From Dehalococcoidia bacterium (GTDB lineage Bacteria > Chloroflexota > Dehalococcoidia > DSTF01 > RBG-16-68-14): a stretch of DNA of 64,000 nucleotides. The notes under the pieces are model-generated. The model searched no databases, was not told the origin of the DNA, and saw only the letters and a list, made by a program, of their open reading frames with translations. Location of the stretch: positions 1 through 64,000 of the forward strand of contig JBBEBM010000035.1 of assembly GCA_040882355.1 (NCBI GenBank), written 5' to 3'. Position numbers and translations under genes: made by a program. Shown here in pieces: positions 1 to 8,827 of the stretch (positions within the stretch are counted from its first letter, which is position 1; the number at the start of each line of letters is the position of its first letter).

Positions 1-589
1 CGGGGGCCAGCACGTCGGGGAGGTAGCTCCCAGGGCGCGGCGCGTCGACGAGCGGCGTGGGGTGGTGCACGCTCTCCTCGTCCACCTTGCCATCGATGAT
101 GTCGCCGGGCATGTCGAGGTAGACGGGGCCGGGACGCCCGTACATCGAGACGCGGAGCGCCTGCTCGACGAAGTATGGGATGCGCTCGACGCGGTCGACC
201 TGGGCGGCGTACTTGACAAATGGGCGCGCCGCCTCGACCTGCGGCGTCTCCTGGAAGGCGCCCATGCCCTTCTGGCGCGCGTCGGACGAGCCGCCGATGA
301 GCAACATCGGCCAGCAGTTCGACCAGGCGTTCGCGAGGCCGGTGATCGCGTTCGTCATGCCCGGCCCGGAGACGGCGAGGCAGGCGCCCGGCCGGCCGGT
401 GAGGTACGAGACGGCCTGCGCCGCGTACGACGCGGACTGCTCGTGGCGCATGCCGAAGTACTGGATGCCCTCGCGCTGGGCCATGAAGGCGATCGGCACG
501 ACGGGCACGCCGACGATACCGAACATGTAGTCGACGCCGTGCTGCTTGAGGCTGCGGGCGATGAGGGTGGCGCCGTTGATCTCGGCCAT
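1..589 (-). CDS. TPP-dependent enzyme, oxalyl-CoA decarboxylase / 2-hydroxyacyl-CoA lyase family (3' end runs off the window)
   Basis: Manual translation from ATG 589 (RBS AAGGAG): MAEINGATLIARSLKQHGVDYMFGIVGVPV...MRHEQSASYAAQA...GRPGACLAVSGPG...YGRPGPVYLDMPGD. Absent from the ORF track because there is no stop in the window. Confidence 0.85.
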   Translation of the reverse strand, partial: MAEINGATLIARSLKQHGVDYMFGIVGVPVVPIAFMAQREGIQYFGMRHEQSASYAAQAVSYLTGRPGACLAVSGPGMTNAITGLANAWSNCWPMLLIGGSSDARQKGMGAFQETPQVEAARPFVKYAAQVDRVERIPYFVEQALRVSMYGRPGPVYLDMPGDIIDGKVDEESVHHPTPLVDAPRPGSYLPDVLAP

Positions 590-707
590 GGCGTTGCTCC
601 TTGCTAGGTGAGAAGGGTTTGCGGTAGGGTCGGCAAGCCATGATGCCGAACGGGGCGCTGGTGTGTCAAGGTAGCTGCGCTGGGCGGCAGTTGGGGTTGT
701 GGTTGAC

Positions 708-784
708 TGCCGACTGAAGTCGGCGGCATGAATGGTCTCGAAGGAGAGGTTTGAGCAGGCCATCGTCGGACTGAAGCCCGACCC
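708..784. repeat. REP-like hairpins with a TGAA loop (GCCGAC-TGAA-GTCGGC; CGGAC-TGAA-GCCCG-ACCC)
   Basis: The related CGGGCTGAAGCCCGACCCG recurs at ~6428-6446 and ~6684-6702. Confidence 0.65.
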
Positions 785-820
785 GCGAGGGCATGGAGAT
801 CCGGCGGCGGAGTGTTGCTC

Positions 821-1882
821 ATGATCCCACACGACGCGCTCTCAGAACCGGAAATCGGCGGCGCGCTGCTCGCGTACCTGCGAGGCGTGCTGCAGGCGCC
901 GGAGCTTTCGTATGCCGAAGCGCCCTCGCAGATCACAGGCGGCTACGACACGCTGGTCTTCGGCTTTCGTCTGTCCGGCGCGCCTGAGCCGTTCGCTGGC
1001 CCGCTGATCCTGCGCGTCTTCCGTGAAGCGGACAGCGGCGAGCGAGCCCGATACGAGAACGCGGTGCACGATACCGTGGTGGCGCTCGGCTATCCCGCGC
1101 CGCGCATCCTCCTCGCGGAGGCGGAAGATGCGCCGCTGGGCCGTGCATTCCTGGTGATGGTACGGCTGCCCGGGCGGACGATGCTCGAGATGTTCTTCCG
1201 GCCGTCGCGGCTCATCTTTCAGCTGGCGCCGCTGCTCGCCGCGCAGCACGTCCTCCTGCACAGGCTCAACCCGCAGCCGCTCATCGAGAAGATGGAAGCC
1301 GAGCGCCTCAACACTCGCGTCTCTGTTGATCTGTTTTATGACGAGGTGCAACAGAGGATTGAGCGGGCGCAGTTGCACTGGCTCGCGCCCGGCATGCGCT
1401 GGCTGCTCGCTGAACGACCGGCCTCGACAGAGCAGGTGATCTGCCACGGCGACTTCCATCCCGCGAACATGCTGGTGGACAAGGGCGCCGTCAGTGGCGT
1501 GATCGATTGGGCCTGGGTCAGCATCGCCGAACCGGCGTACGACGTCGGCGCCAGCGTCGCGATCTTCACGCACGGCCCGGTCAACCTGCCGGGGTTTCTC
1601 CGAGGCCCGGCAGACCTCATCCGGCGTCGGTTCATCCGCAGGTACGTCGCTGAGTATCAGAAGCGCGGCCCGCTCGACCTCGCCGCCGTCGACTATTACG
1701 AGGCGCTGCGCTGCTTGGGCTTTCTGATGGAGGTTGGCGAACAGTGGCAGGCGGACGCGGGCGTCATCGAGCGGCCGGCAAAGCCCAGCGCCTTCACGGG
1801 CCGGGACGTGGGCCTGAAGATCGCGTCGCGCTTCCAGGCGCTGACAGGCGTGGCGCTGGAGCTGCCGTCGAGCCGGGGCTAG
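821..1882 (+). CDS. aminoglycoside/choline kinase-like phosphotransferase (APH family)
   Basis: HGDFHPANML and VIDW motifs. ATG 821 is in frame with the track start at 812. Confidence 0.85.
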   Translation: MIPHDALSEPEIGGALLAYLRGVLQAPELSYAEAPSQITGGYDTLVFGFRLSGAPEPFAGPLILRVFREADSGERARYENAVHDTVVALGYPAPRILLAEAEDAPLGRAFLVMVRLPGRTMLEMFFRPSRLIFQLAPLLAAQHVLLHRLNPQPLIEKMEAERLNTRVSVDLFYDEVQQRIERAQLHWLAPGMRWLLAERPASTEQVICHGDFHPANMLVDKGAVSGVIDWAWVSIAEPAYDVGASVAIFTHGPVNLPGFLRGPADLIRRRFIRRYVAEYQKRGPLDLAAVDYYEALRCLGFLMEVGEQWQADAGVIERPAKPSAFTGRDVGLKIASRFQALTGVALELPSSRG

Positions 1883-1893
1883 CGTTTGCGCGC

Positions 1894-1922
1894 TTGACAT
1901 CCTGCCTGCCGTCGGGCATGAT
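1894..1922 (+). promoter_or_regulatory. sigma70-type promoter
   Basis: TTGACA (1894-1899), 17-nt spacer, CATGAT (1917-1922). Confidence 0.55.
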
Positions 1923-2036
1923 GCGAGCGCTCGCTCGCGCCGTCAGCTGCCCCGTCAAGGAGTGATCGGCAGGCGGCCGTCGAGCGCACCTTGGACCCGG
2001 CGGGGACGCCGCTTTCTCTTCTGGAGGGCCTGGACC

Positions 2037-3251
2037 ATGTTCGATTCGGCGATAATCGAGGTCGCCATTGGCCTCGCGTTCATCTATGTCCTGCTCAGCG
2101 TGGTGTGCACGGCGCTCAGCGAGCTCATCGCGCAGATGCTTGCGACTCGGGCCGCCACGCTGGAGAAGTGGGTACGACAGGTGCTGGCCAAACCAGAAGA
2201 CCTGCGCAAGTTCTACGAGCACTCGCTGGTCAAGGCGCTGGCCGGGCCTGACCTGAACTACGAGTCCGTTCCACCTGACGCGCGCGCGCTGTGGCGCAAG
2301 CTAGGGGACTGGCGGAAGATACGAGATTGGACTAGGGGCTTCATTCCGCGTGTGAAGCAAGCTCACCGGTTGCCATCGTACATGCCGGCGCGCACGTTTG
2401 CGACCGCTGCGTTGGAAAAGTACCTGCATGAGGATGGCGGCTTGCGCGACGAAGACGCGCCGCCGTTCCTGAAGGACGCCATCGCGGAAGCAAGGCGTGA
2501 AGCGAAGCGCGCGCTCGCTGTGACAACTGCCCTCTCTGAAGTAGCCGCCACAGACAAGGACAAGGTCCTCGCGACGCCCGAGTACATCAAGGCATCGATC
2601 GAGGCGGCGAGAGACGAAGTCGAGCGAGCGCGCAGGATTGTCGAAGCTTGGTACGACGATGCGATGCAGCGCGTGACGGGGTGGTACAAGCGCAACGCTC
2701 AGGTGATCATAGTCATTCTTGCGCTGGCTGTAGCCGGCACGCTCAACGCGGACTCCATCGCCATCGCGCGGGTCCTGTGGCGGGACGGCACCGTGCGAGC
2801 GACCCTGGTCGCTCAGGCCGTGCCGGTCTCGCAGGGTGTTGCGCCTGCGGGCGCTGAAGGCGATCAAGGCACGCCCGAGCCGACAACTACGCCGACCGAG
2901 ACCGCGGTTGGTGAGGACGAAGGGAATGGGGGGCTGGCGGCTACGCCGAACGAGGCGGGCGAGGACGAGCCGAACGCGGTGGAGCCGACGGCGACGCCGG
3001 CCGGTGTTCCTCTTGATGTCGAGGGCGCGCAGAAGCAGCTCAGCAAGCTGAACGTTCCGTTGTTCTGGGGAGGCAATCTACCCGATTCGGGTGGAGAGGT
3101 GACATCGAAGATCGCCGGGCTGGTGATGACCGCGGCCGCCTTGTCCCTGGGCGCTCCCTTCTGGTTCGACATGCTCGGTAAGCTTGTGAACCTGCGGGGA
3201 ACCGGCAAGCTACCCAAGGCGGAAGGCGAGCAGCCAGCGAGCGGCGGGTAG
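2037..3251 (+). CDS. hypothetical membrane protein
   Basis: ATG 2037 follows GGAGG. N-terminal TM segment (IEVAIGLAFIYVLLS), GWYKR motif plus TM, acidic Pro/Thr linker, C-terminal SLGAPFWFDML. Confidence 0.75.
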   Translation: MFDSAIIEVAIGLAFIYVLLSVVCTALSELIAQMLATRAATLEKWVRQVLAKPEDLRKFYEHSLVKALAGPDLNYESVPPDARALWRKLGDWRKIRDWTRGFIPRVKQAHRLPSYMPARTFATAALEKYLHEDGGLRDEDAPPFLKDAIAEARREAKRALAVTTALSEVAATDKDKVLATPEYIKASIEAARDEVERARRIVEAWYDDAMQRVTGWYKRNAQVIIVILALAVAGTLNADSIAIARVLWRDGTVRATLVAQAVPVSQGVAPAGAEGDQGTPEPTTTPTETAVGEDEGNGGLAATPNEAGEDEPNAVEPTATPAGVPLDVEGAQKQLSKLNVPLFWGGNLPDSGGEVTSKIAGLVMTAAALSLGAPFWFDMLGKLVNLRGTGKLPKAEGEQPASGG

Positions 3252-3403
3252 CGCCGGAGCGCGCTGCCTCCCGGCGAGTCGCGCTCCGGCGCAGGATTCG
3301 CGGAGTTGACAGGCGTCGCGTTGGATGTTGCGGTAGGAGCGTGACGCCCACATGCTATAGTGCGGGCCTGGTGCTGGGCACGGACTTCGGTGGGGTCAGA
3401 TGA

Positions 3404-4612
3404 ATGCGTAGGTGGCTGCTGCGTGTGCGGGGTGTGGCGCTGCTTTCGGTGCTTGCCGTTGCCGCGATCGTCTGCTCCGACGGAGGCGGCGCTGACAGCA
3501 ACGACGCTGAGGCGGGTTCTTTCTGGCTGGATCTGCTCGATCAGTTTCCGAACACAGAGGAGACACGGTATCTGGTGGTGATGAACGACTACGCGCGGGT
3601 GCGAGAGCAATTCGACATCAACCGCCCCGACGAAGACGCCAGCAACGACGAGCTGGAGCAGTACGTCGTGGAGCTGATGGCTGCAGAGGGCGAAGCTGGT
3701 AAGACCGAAGCGAGAGGGCTCGCCCCGAGCCGTCTCACTAGCCTCAACGAACTTCCCTGGGACTTCGACGCCTGGGAGCAACTTGTCGGATTCAGCTTCC
3801 TTGATATGGATCAGGACGCAGAAGCCAGTGCGCCGGACGGGATGTACTACGTTCTCAGGGGTCGATTCGCCGCAGGGGACATCGGCGCGGCCGTGCGCAG
3901 AGATCCTGAGTTCGGCGACGCTCTGAACGAGAGGAGCTACGGGGGCATCGCCTACTACAGCCAGCCTGTGTTCCGGCAGGACCTAGAGATTCCGCTCCAG
4001 ATAAGCGCGGGCCACCACTTCATCACCGACGATCGTTACATTCGGTGGAGTGGCCCTACCGAGAGTCCGGCTAACATTGAGCGCATGATCGACATCGCGT
4101 CGGGCGACCAGCAGTCGCTGGCCGATGTCGAGGCGTTCCAGCTCCTGTCACAGGGCCTTGGGCGGCTAGACACGTTTACGGCGGCCTTCGCTGCTGACAC
4201 CGATAGGATGTCGCTGTCCTGGGTCGCCAACGTCCTGACAGGGATTGATTGGACTGAGGCGGCGTTCGAAGCCGCAAAGCGGGAGCTGCGAGACGAGCCG
4301 CTCATGCTTCCTTTCGAGGCCTTCGCGACGGGAGGAGGGTTCGATGATGAAGGACCGTACCTGGCAGTAGTGGCCGTCCATGCCGATGCCGCAGCGGCGG
4401 AGGAGAACGCGGACCGTTTGGAGGACCGCATAGGCGAAGGAACCAGCTTGCTCAGGGCTGAGCCCTGGAGCGAGCTGATCGATGACACGGAGATCAGCAC
4501 AGACGGCAGGTTGCTCCTTGCGAAGCTCTACACTTCGGACGTAGGCATGTGGCACGATATTGCCTTCTCCGGCGAATCGCTGCTCATGTTCGACGACATG
4601 CTGGACGAGTAG
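3404..4612 (+). CDS. hypothetical acidic lipoprotein / secreted protein
   Basis: Basic N-terminus, hydrophobic stretch, AIVC, then an acidic body. Confidence 0.7.
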   Translation: MRRWLLRVRGVALLSVLAVAAIVCSDGGGADSNDAEAGSFWLDLLDQFPNTEETRYLVVMNDYARVREQFDINRPDEDASNDELEQYVVELMAAEGEAGKTEARGLAPSRLTSLNELPWDFDAWEQLVGFSFLDMDQDAEASAPDGMYYVLRGRFAAGDIGAAVRRDPEFGDALNERSYGGIAYYSQPVFRQDLEIPLQISAGHHFITDDRYIRWSGPTESPANIERMIDIASGDQQSLADVEAFQLLSQGLGRLDTFTAAFAADTDRMSLSWVANVLTGIDWTEAAFEAAKRELRDEPLMLPFEAFATGGGFDDEGPYLAVVAVHADAAAAEENADRLEDRIGEGTSLLRAEPWSELIDDTEISTDGRLLLAKLYTSDVGMWHDIAFSGESLLMFDDMLDE

Positions 4613-4696
4613 GGGCGCGTCTCGCCTGGCTGGCAGACCACCGTCCCTGCTACGATCAGCGCGCTGGTATCGATTCAGTCCTGAGGAGCGCCCATC

Positions 4697-6343
4697 ATGG
4701 CACAGATCGACGGGGGCGATGTCATCGCCCGCATGCTGAAGCGAGAGGGTATCGACGTCATCTTTACCCTCTCCGGCGGCCACATCCAGAACATCTACGA
4801 CGGCTGCCTCGATGAGGGCATCGACGTCATCGACACGCGCCACGAGCAGGTCGCCGGCCACGCCGCCGAGGCGTACTCGCGCCTGACGGGCAAGTGCGGC
4901 GTCGCGGCGGTCACGGCAGGCCCCGGCGTCACCGACGCGATCACGGCCGTCGCGAACGCGTACCAGAACGGCAGCCCGATGCTGCTGCTGGGCGGCGCGG
5001 CGCCCCTGCGCACGGCGCTCCAGGGCAACCTCCAGGAGATCCCGGGCACCATCGACATGTTCAAGCCGATCACCAAGTGGGCAGCGACGTGTCAGAGCAC
5101 CGAGCGCATCGCCGACTACGTGGCGCAGGCGTTCCGCACCGCGCTCAGCGGGCGCTACGGCCCGGTCTTCCTGGAACTGCCCTCCGACGTGCTGTTCGGC
5201 CGGCTCGAAGAGGAGAAGGTGCACCTGCCGGAGAGCTATCGACCTGAGGGCCGCGTCCGCGGCGACCCGAAGCTGCTCGCGCAGGCGGTCGACGCGCTGT
5301 CGAAGGCCGAGCGCCCCGTCGTGATGGGCGGCAGCGGCACCTACTGGTCGGGCGCGGGCGACGCGCTCGCCCAGGTCGCCGAGCGGTTGAACGCGCCGAT
5401 CTATCTGAACGACATGGGGCGCGGCTGCGTCAATCAGGAGCACGAGCTCTTCTTCAACCGCAGCCGCCGCCAGGCGTTCGAGAACTGCGACGTCGCGCTC
5501 TTCGCCGGCGTGCCGATGGACTTCCGGCTCAGCTTCGGGCGGCGCCTCAACCGCGAGGCCAAGGTGATCGCGATCGACATCGACCCGCAGGAGCTGGGCC
5601 GCAACCGCCCGATCGACATCGCGATCGAGGGTGACCCACGCTCCGTGCTCGACGAGCTGCAGGGCGCGCTCGCCGACGGCAAGCGCGAGCACGGCGAGTG
5701 GCTGCAGGGGCTGCGCGACCGCGAGACGCAGGTCGCGGAGCTGCGCCAGAAGTGGCTCCACTCCGACGCCGTGCCGATCCACCCGCTGCGCCTCTGCAAC
5801 GACATGGCGTCGTTCGTCGACGAGAACACGATCGTCGTCGGCGACGGCGGTGACATCGTCGGCCTGGCGGCGCAGGTGCTGCCGGTGAACTTCCCGGGCC
5901 AGTTCATGGGGCCCGGCCCGCTCGGCACGCTCGGCGTCGGCACCGGCTTCTGCATCGCGACGAAGTACGTGCATCGCGACAAGCAGGTGCTGATGGTGAA
6001 CGGTGACGGCTCCTTCGGACTGAACGGCTTCGACTTCGACACGCTCGTGCGCTTCGACCTGCCGGTCGTCTCGGTCGTGGGCAACGACCGCCAGTGGGGC
6101 CAGATCCTCGTCGGGCAGGAGCGGATGTACGGCGAGGAGCGCGTCGTCGCGACGCGCCTCGCGGACAACGCCCGCTACGACAAGGTCGTCGAGGCGCTGG
6201 GCGGTCACGGCGAGTTCGTCACGGAGCCCGCCGAAATCAAGCCGGCGATCGAGCGCGCCTTCGCCTCCGGCAAGCCGGCGTGCGTGAACGTGATCATCGA
6301 CCAGAAGCCGGAAGGCGTGGTCGGCGGCTACGAGTTCCTGTAG
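4697..6343 (+). CDS. TPP-binding protein, acetolactate synthase-like (ILVBL/HACL2-like)
   Basis: FTLSGGHI, RHEQVAGHAAEAY, TAGPGVT, GPLGTLGVG and NGDGSFG motifs; RBS GAGGAG. Confidence 0.9.
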   Translation: MAQIDGGDVIARMLKREGIDVIFTLSGGHIQNIYDGCLDEGIDVIDTRHEQVAGHAAEAYSRLTGKCGVAAVTAGPGVTDAITAVANAYQNGSPMLLLGGAAPLRTALQGNLQEIPGTIDMFKPITKWAATCQSTERIADYVAQAFRTALSGRYGPVFLELPSDVLFGRLEEEKVHLPESYRPEGRVRGDPKLLAQAVDALSKAERPVVMGGSGTYWSGAGDALAQVAERLNAPIYLNDMGRGCVNQEHELFFNRSRRQAFENCDVALFAGVPMDFRLSFGRRLNREAKVIAIDIDPQELGRNRPIDIAIEGDPRSVLDELQGALADGKREHGEWLQGLRDRETQVAELRQKWLHSDAVPIHPLRLCNDMASFVDENTIVVGDGGDIVGLAAQVLPVNFPGQFMGPGPLGTLGVGTGFCIATKYVHRDKQVLMVNGDGSFGLNGFDFDTLVRFDLPVVSVVGNDRQWGQILVGQERMYGEERVVATRLADNARYDKVVEALGGHGEFVTEPAEIKPAIERAFASGKPACVNVIIDQKPEGVVGGYEFL

Positions 6344-6353
6344 CGCACCCGGT

Positions 6354-6384
6354 TAGCCACAGATTCACACAGATTGACACAGAC
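6354..6384. repeat. 10-nt tandem repeat (CACAGATTCA/CACAGATTGA); reverse-orientation copy at ~16575-16602
   Basis: Seen directly: cacagattca cacagattga cacagac, and tctgtactca tctgtgccca tctgtggc. Confidence 0.6.
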
Positions 6385-6495
6385 GAGTTGCGGCCCTGGG
6401 TCTGTGTCTTTGTTTCCGGATCGCCTTCGGGCTGAAGCCCGACCCGTGGAGGAAAGACTGCTGTTGCAGGAGGCCTAGCAGGGTGCCGACGAGAC

Positions 6496-6580
6496 GGGGT
6501 GCAGGGGGCAGCCCCCCTGCCAGGGGGCCTGGGGGGTGTCCCCCCAGCTTCACCCAACACTTCTGGGCGGGTGGGTGGGA
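6496..6580. repeat. structured intergenic repeat (MITE/REP-like), copy 1
   Basis: GGGGTGCAGGGGG..CCCCCTGC..CTGGGGG..CCCCCAG..TTCTGGGCGGGTGGGTGGGA; the same architecture occurs at 8228-8334. Confidence 0.6.
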
Positions 6581-6885
6581 ACGAATGACCTTGGTTCTTG
6601 GGCTCTGTCAGCACTCTGCCAGGAGCCTCCCCTTCATGGGCCGCTGCGGCTCGCATTCTCGTCTCCTGTCCACATCCCCCCGTCGGGCTGAAGCCCGACC
6701 CGCGGAAGAAAGGGCAGTGTCGCGGGAAGCCTAAAGGCTTCCCCTACATGGCCGATCCCCCGTTCGCGTTGTGATCCCACCTCCACATCGCTATCCTGAT
6801 CGCTGGGGCCAGTGGGGCCTGACACGCACCTTACGAACCGAAGAGGGAGCGCCTCCTCATCAACCATCGAGAGGAGGTATCTGTC

Positions 6886-7692
6886 CTGAACGAGCACAAG
6901 CAAGTCGCCTGCTTTCTAGACCTGGAGAACATCCGCTATTCCCTGAACCAGCGCGGCCACGAGCTATCGCCGGAGGTGGTCGCCCAGAAGGCGCTCAAGT
7001 ACGGCCTGCTCAGCGTCGCCCGCGCGTACGCCGATTTCACCCGCCATCCCGATATGATCCGCCGCGGCTTAGTCGCCGCGGGCTTCGACATTACGGACGT
7101 GCCGGTCAAGCCGCTCCCCGGCGGCGGCACGAAAAGCTCCGCCGACTTCTACATGCTGATGGACATCATCGATACCGTGCTCGACCGGCCGCACATCGAC
7201 ACCATGATCCTCATGACCGGCGACGGTGATTTCGTCCAAGTGACCGCCCGGCTCAAGAACCGTTTTGGCAAGACCGTCATCGTCATGGGCGTGCCGGGCT
7301 CCACCAGCGCCGACCTGCTCGCCAGCGCGAGCAGCAGCGACCCGTTCGAGATCGAGGAGCGTGACCTACGCGGCCTCCGTCCGCAGCTCGTCGAGATCAT
7401 CGCCGAGCTGAAGACGCCGCGATCGGGCATCTGGACCTTCAAGTACATCGAGGGCGGCGTCAAGTACAACGCCGCGCGGCTGGGCATCCCGGAGGAGCGC
7501 GTCGGCTATCTGCTGACCGACCTGAAGGACGAAGGCATCCTGGCGACGCGCGTGATCATCGCGCCGGACGGGCGTGAGGTGACCGAGACCTACCTGGACC
7601 GTGAGCACCCATTCGTGAGAGAGACGCTCGGTCACGCACCCGCGCCGCTCGGCAAAGAAGACGAGGTATCTGTAGGAGAAGAGGTATCGTAG
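6886..7692 (+). CDS. NYN domain protein (LabA/DUF88 family), probable CTG start
   Basis: In-frame extension upstream of the track start gives LNEHKQVACFLDLENIRYS (N-terminal D-x-E-N motif). SADFYM and TGDGDF motifs follow. RBS GAGGAGGT lies 7 nt before CTG 6886. Confidence 0.85.
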   Translation: MNEHKQVACFLDLENIRYSLNQRGHELSPEVVAQKALKYGLLSVARAYADFTRHPDMIRRGLVAAGFDITDVPVKPLPGGGTKSSADFYMLMDIIDTVLDRPHIDTMILMTGDGDFVQVTARLKNRFGKTVIVMGVPGSTSADLLASASSSDPFEIEERDLRGLRPQLVEIIAELKTPRSGIWTFKYIEGGVKYNAARLGIPEERVGYLLTDLKDEGILATRVIIAPDGREVTETYLDREHPFVRETLGHAPAPLGKEDEVSVGEEVS

Positions 7693-7713
7693 GGGCGGGT
7701 CTGAGACCCGCCC
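7689..7713 (+). repeat. GTAG-type REP
   Basis: GTAG-GGGCGGGTCT-G-AGACCCGCCC perfect hairpin. Confidence 0.65.
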
Positions 7714-7789
7714 GAGAGGCGCTCCTTCTTTCGGTTGAGCGAGAGGCCGCCCGTACATGTGCGGCCTCTTCACATTCGGGCTCGTGCGG

Positions 7790-8161
7790 CTAATATGGCG
7801 TCGACTGCACCGGCTCGTCAGGGCTGGAGACGGGCGTCTCATCCGAGACGTCGGTACACGTCACTTCGCGCACGTACGGTTTCGCCTCCAGCTCCGACTC
7901 GACCGTCCCGCAGAACTCCGGGTCGTCCGTCTCCACCGTGGCGACGCCGGTCGGTGGGAACGACTCCTGGAGCAGGAAGTCGATGTCCTCGTCGAACGTG
8001 CGCAGGAAGGCGTTGACCTCGTCCATGTCCGCCTGCGTCACCGATTCGCTGAAGCCGACGGTCACCCGGTAGCGCGGTGTCGCGTCGCCTGTACAGGCGG
8101 CGCCGACGATCAGGAATGCCAGGACACCCAGAGCGGCGATTCGAAGCATCTGCGCCATCAT
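7790..8161 (-). CDS. small hypothetical lipoprotein
   Basis: MMAQMLRIAALGVLAFLIVGAAC lipobox-like signal; acidic body. Confidence 0.7.
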   Translation of the reverse strand: MMAQMLRIAALGVLAFLIVGAACTGDATPRYRVTVGFSESVTQADMDEVNAFLRTFDEDIDFLLQESFPPTGVATVETDDPEFCGTVESELEAKPYVREVTCTDVSDETPVSSPDEPVQSTPY

Positions 8162-8227
8162 ACCTCTATTACGCGCGTGCTGAGCGGTTTGTTCCCCGCC
8201 AGCGGGCCGGCCACGCACGACTGCATC

Positions 8228-8334
8228 GGGGAGTGCAGCGGGGCTCCGCCCTGCTGCCGGGGCCTGTCATGAGCGCAGCCGAAGGGGACTGGGGAGACCC
8301 CCAGTCCTCTCCTTTTCTGGGCGCGTGGGTGGGA
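8228..8334. repeat. structured intergenic repeat (MITE/REP-like), copy 2
   Basis: GGGGAGTGCAGCGGGGC..GCCCTGCTGC..GACTGGGG..CCCCAGTC..TTCTGGGCGCGTGGGTGGGA; homologous to 6496-6580. Confidence 0.55.
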
Positions 8335-8440
8335 AGAGGGAGTTCCTCTTCAGGCCCTCTAGCTGGACACAATCCGCCACCTTCGCTACCATAGCTGCGT
8401 CGCCCGAACGGCGGCGATTTGTTCTTGAGGAGACGTTGAC

Positions 8441-8773
8441 TTGGCCCACACTCTCTCCGCCCTGAAGCGCCACCGGCAGAGCCTGCGGCGCGGCGCGCGC
8501 AACCGCGCCCGCATCACCGCCGCGCGCACAGCCGTGCGCCAGGCGCGCGAGTCGATTGCGGGCGGTAACCGCGAAGAGGCGGAGGCCGCGATCAACAAGG
8601 CCGCTTCGGTGCTCGATCGCGCCGCGCAGAAGGGCACGCTCCATCCAAACAATGCCTCGCGCCGCAAGTCGCGGCTGATGCGCATGCTCCACCGCGCCGA
8701 GGCCCCGGTCGAGGAGGCGCCGAAGAAGCGCCGCGCGACGAAGGCCACCGGCAGCCGCGCCAAGAAGAAGTAA
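8441..8773 (+). CDS. rpsT: 30S ribosomal protein S20
   Basis: MAHTLSALKRHRQS...LDRAAQKGTLHPNNASRRKSRL; TTG start with RBS GAGGAG; basic C-terminal extension. Confidence 0.95.
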   Translation: MAHTLSALKRHRQSLRRGARNRARITAARTAVRQARESIAGGNREEAEAAINKAASVLDRAAQKGTLHPNNASRRKSRLMRMLHRAEAPVEEAPKKRRATKATGSRAKKK

Positions 8774-8827
8774 CCCCTTCCGAGTCGATTCGCATGGCGG
8801 CGCGCACGCGCTTGTGCTAAGACGTGC

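Noticed and set aside
62..607. 181-aa plus-strand ORF
   Set aside because: Antisense shadow of the minus-strand TPP enzyme (1-589).
1923..2036. Structured leader as a riboswitch
   Set aside because: Long GC pairings are possible, but I recognise no aptamer consensus and such pairing is expected at this GC content.
4166..6208. 680-aa minus-strand ORF
   Set aside because: Antisense shadow of the TPP gene; no motifs.
6354..6702. Repeats as a CRISPR array
   Set aside because: No regular repeat-spacer periodicity and no cas genes.
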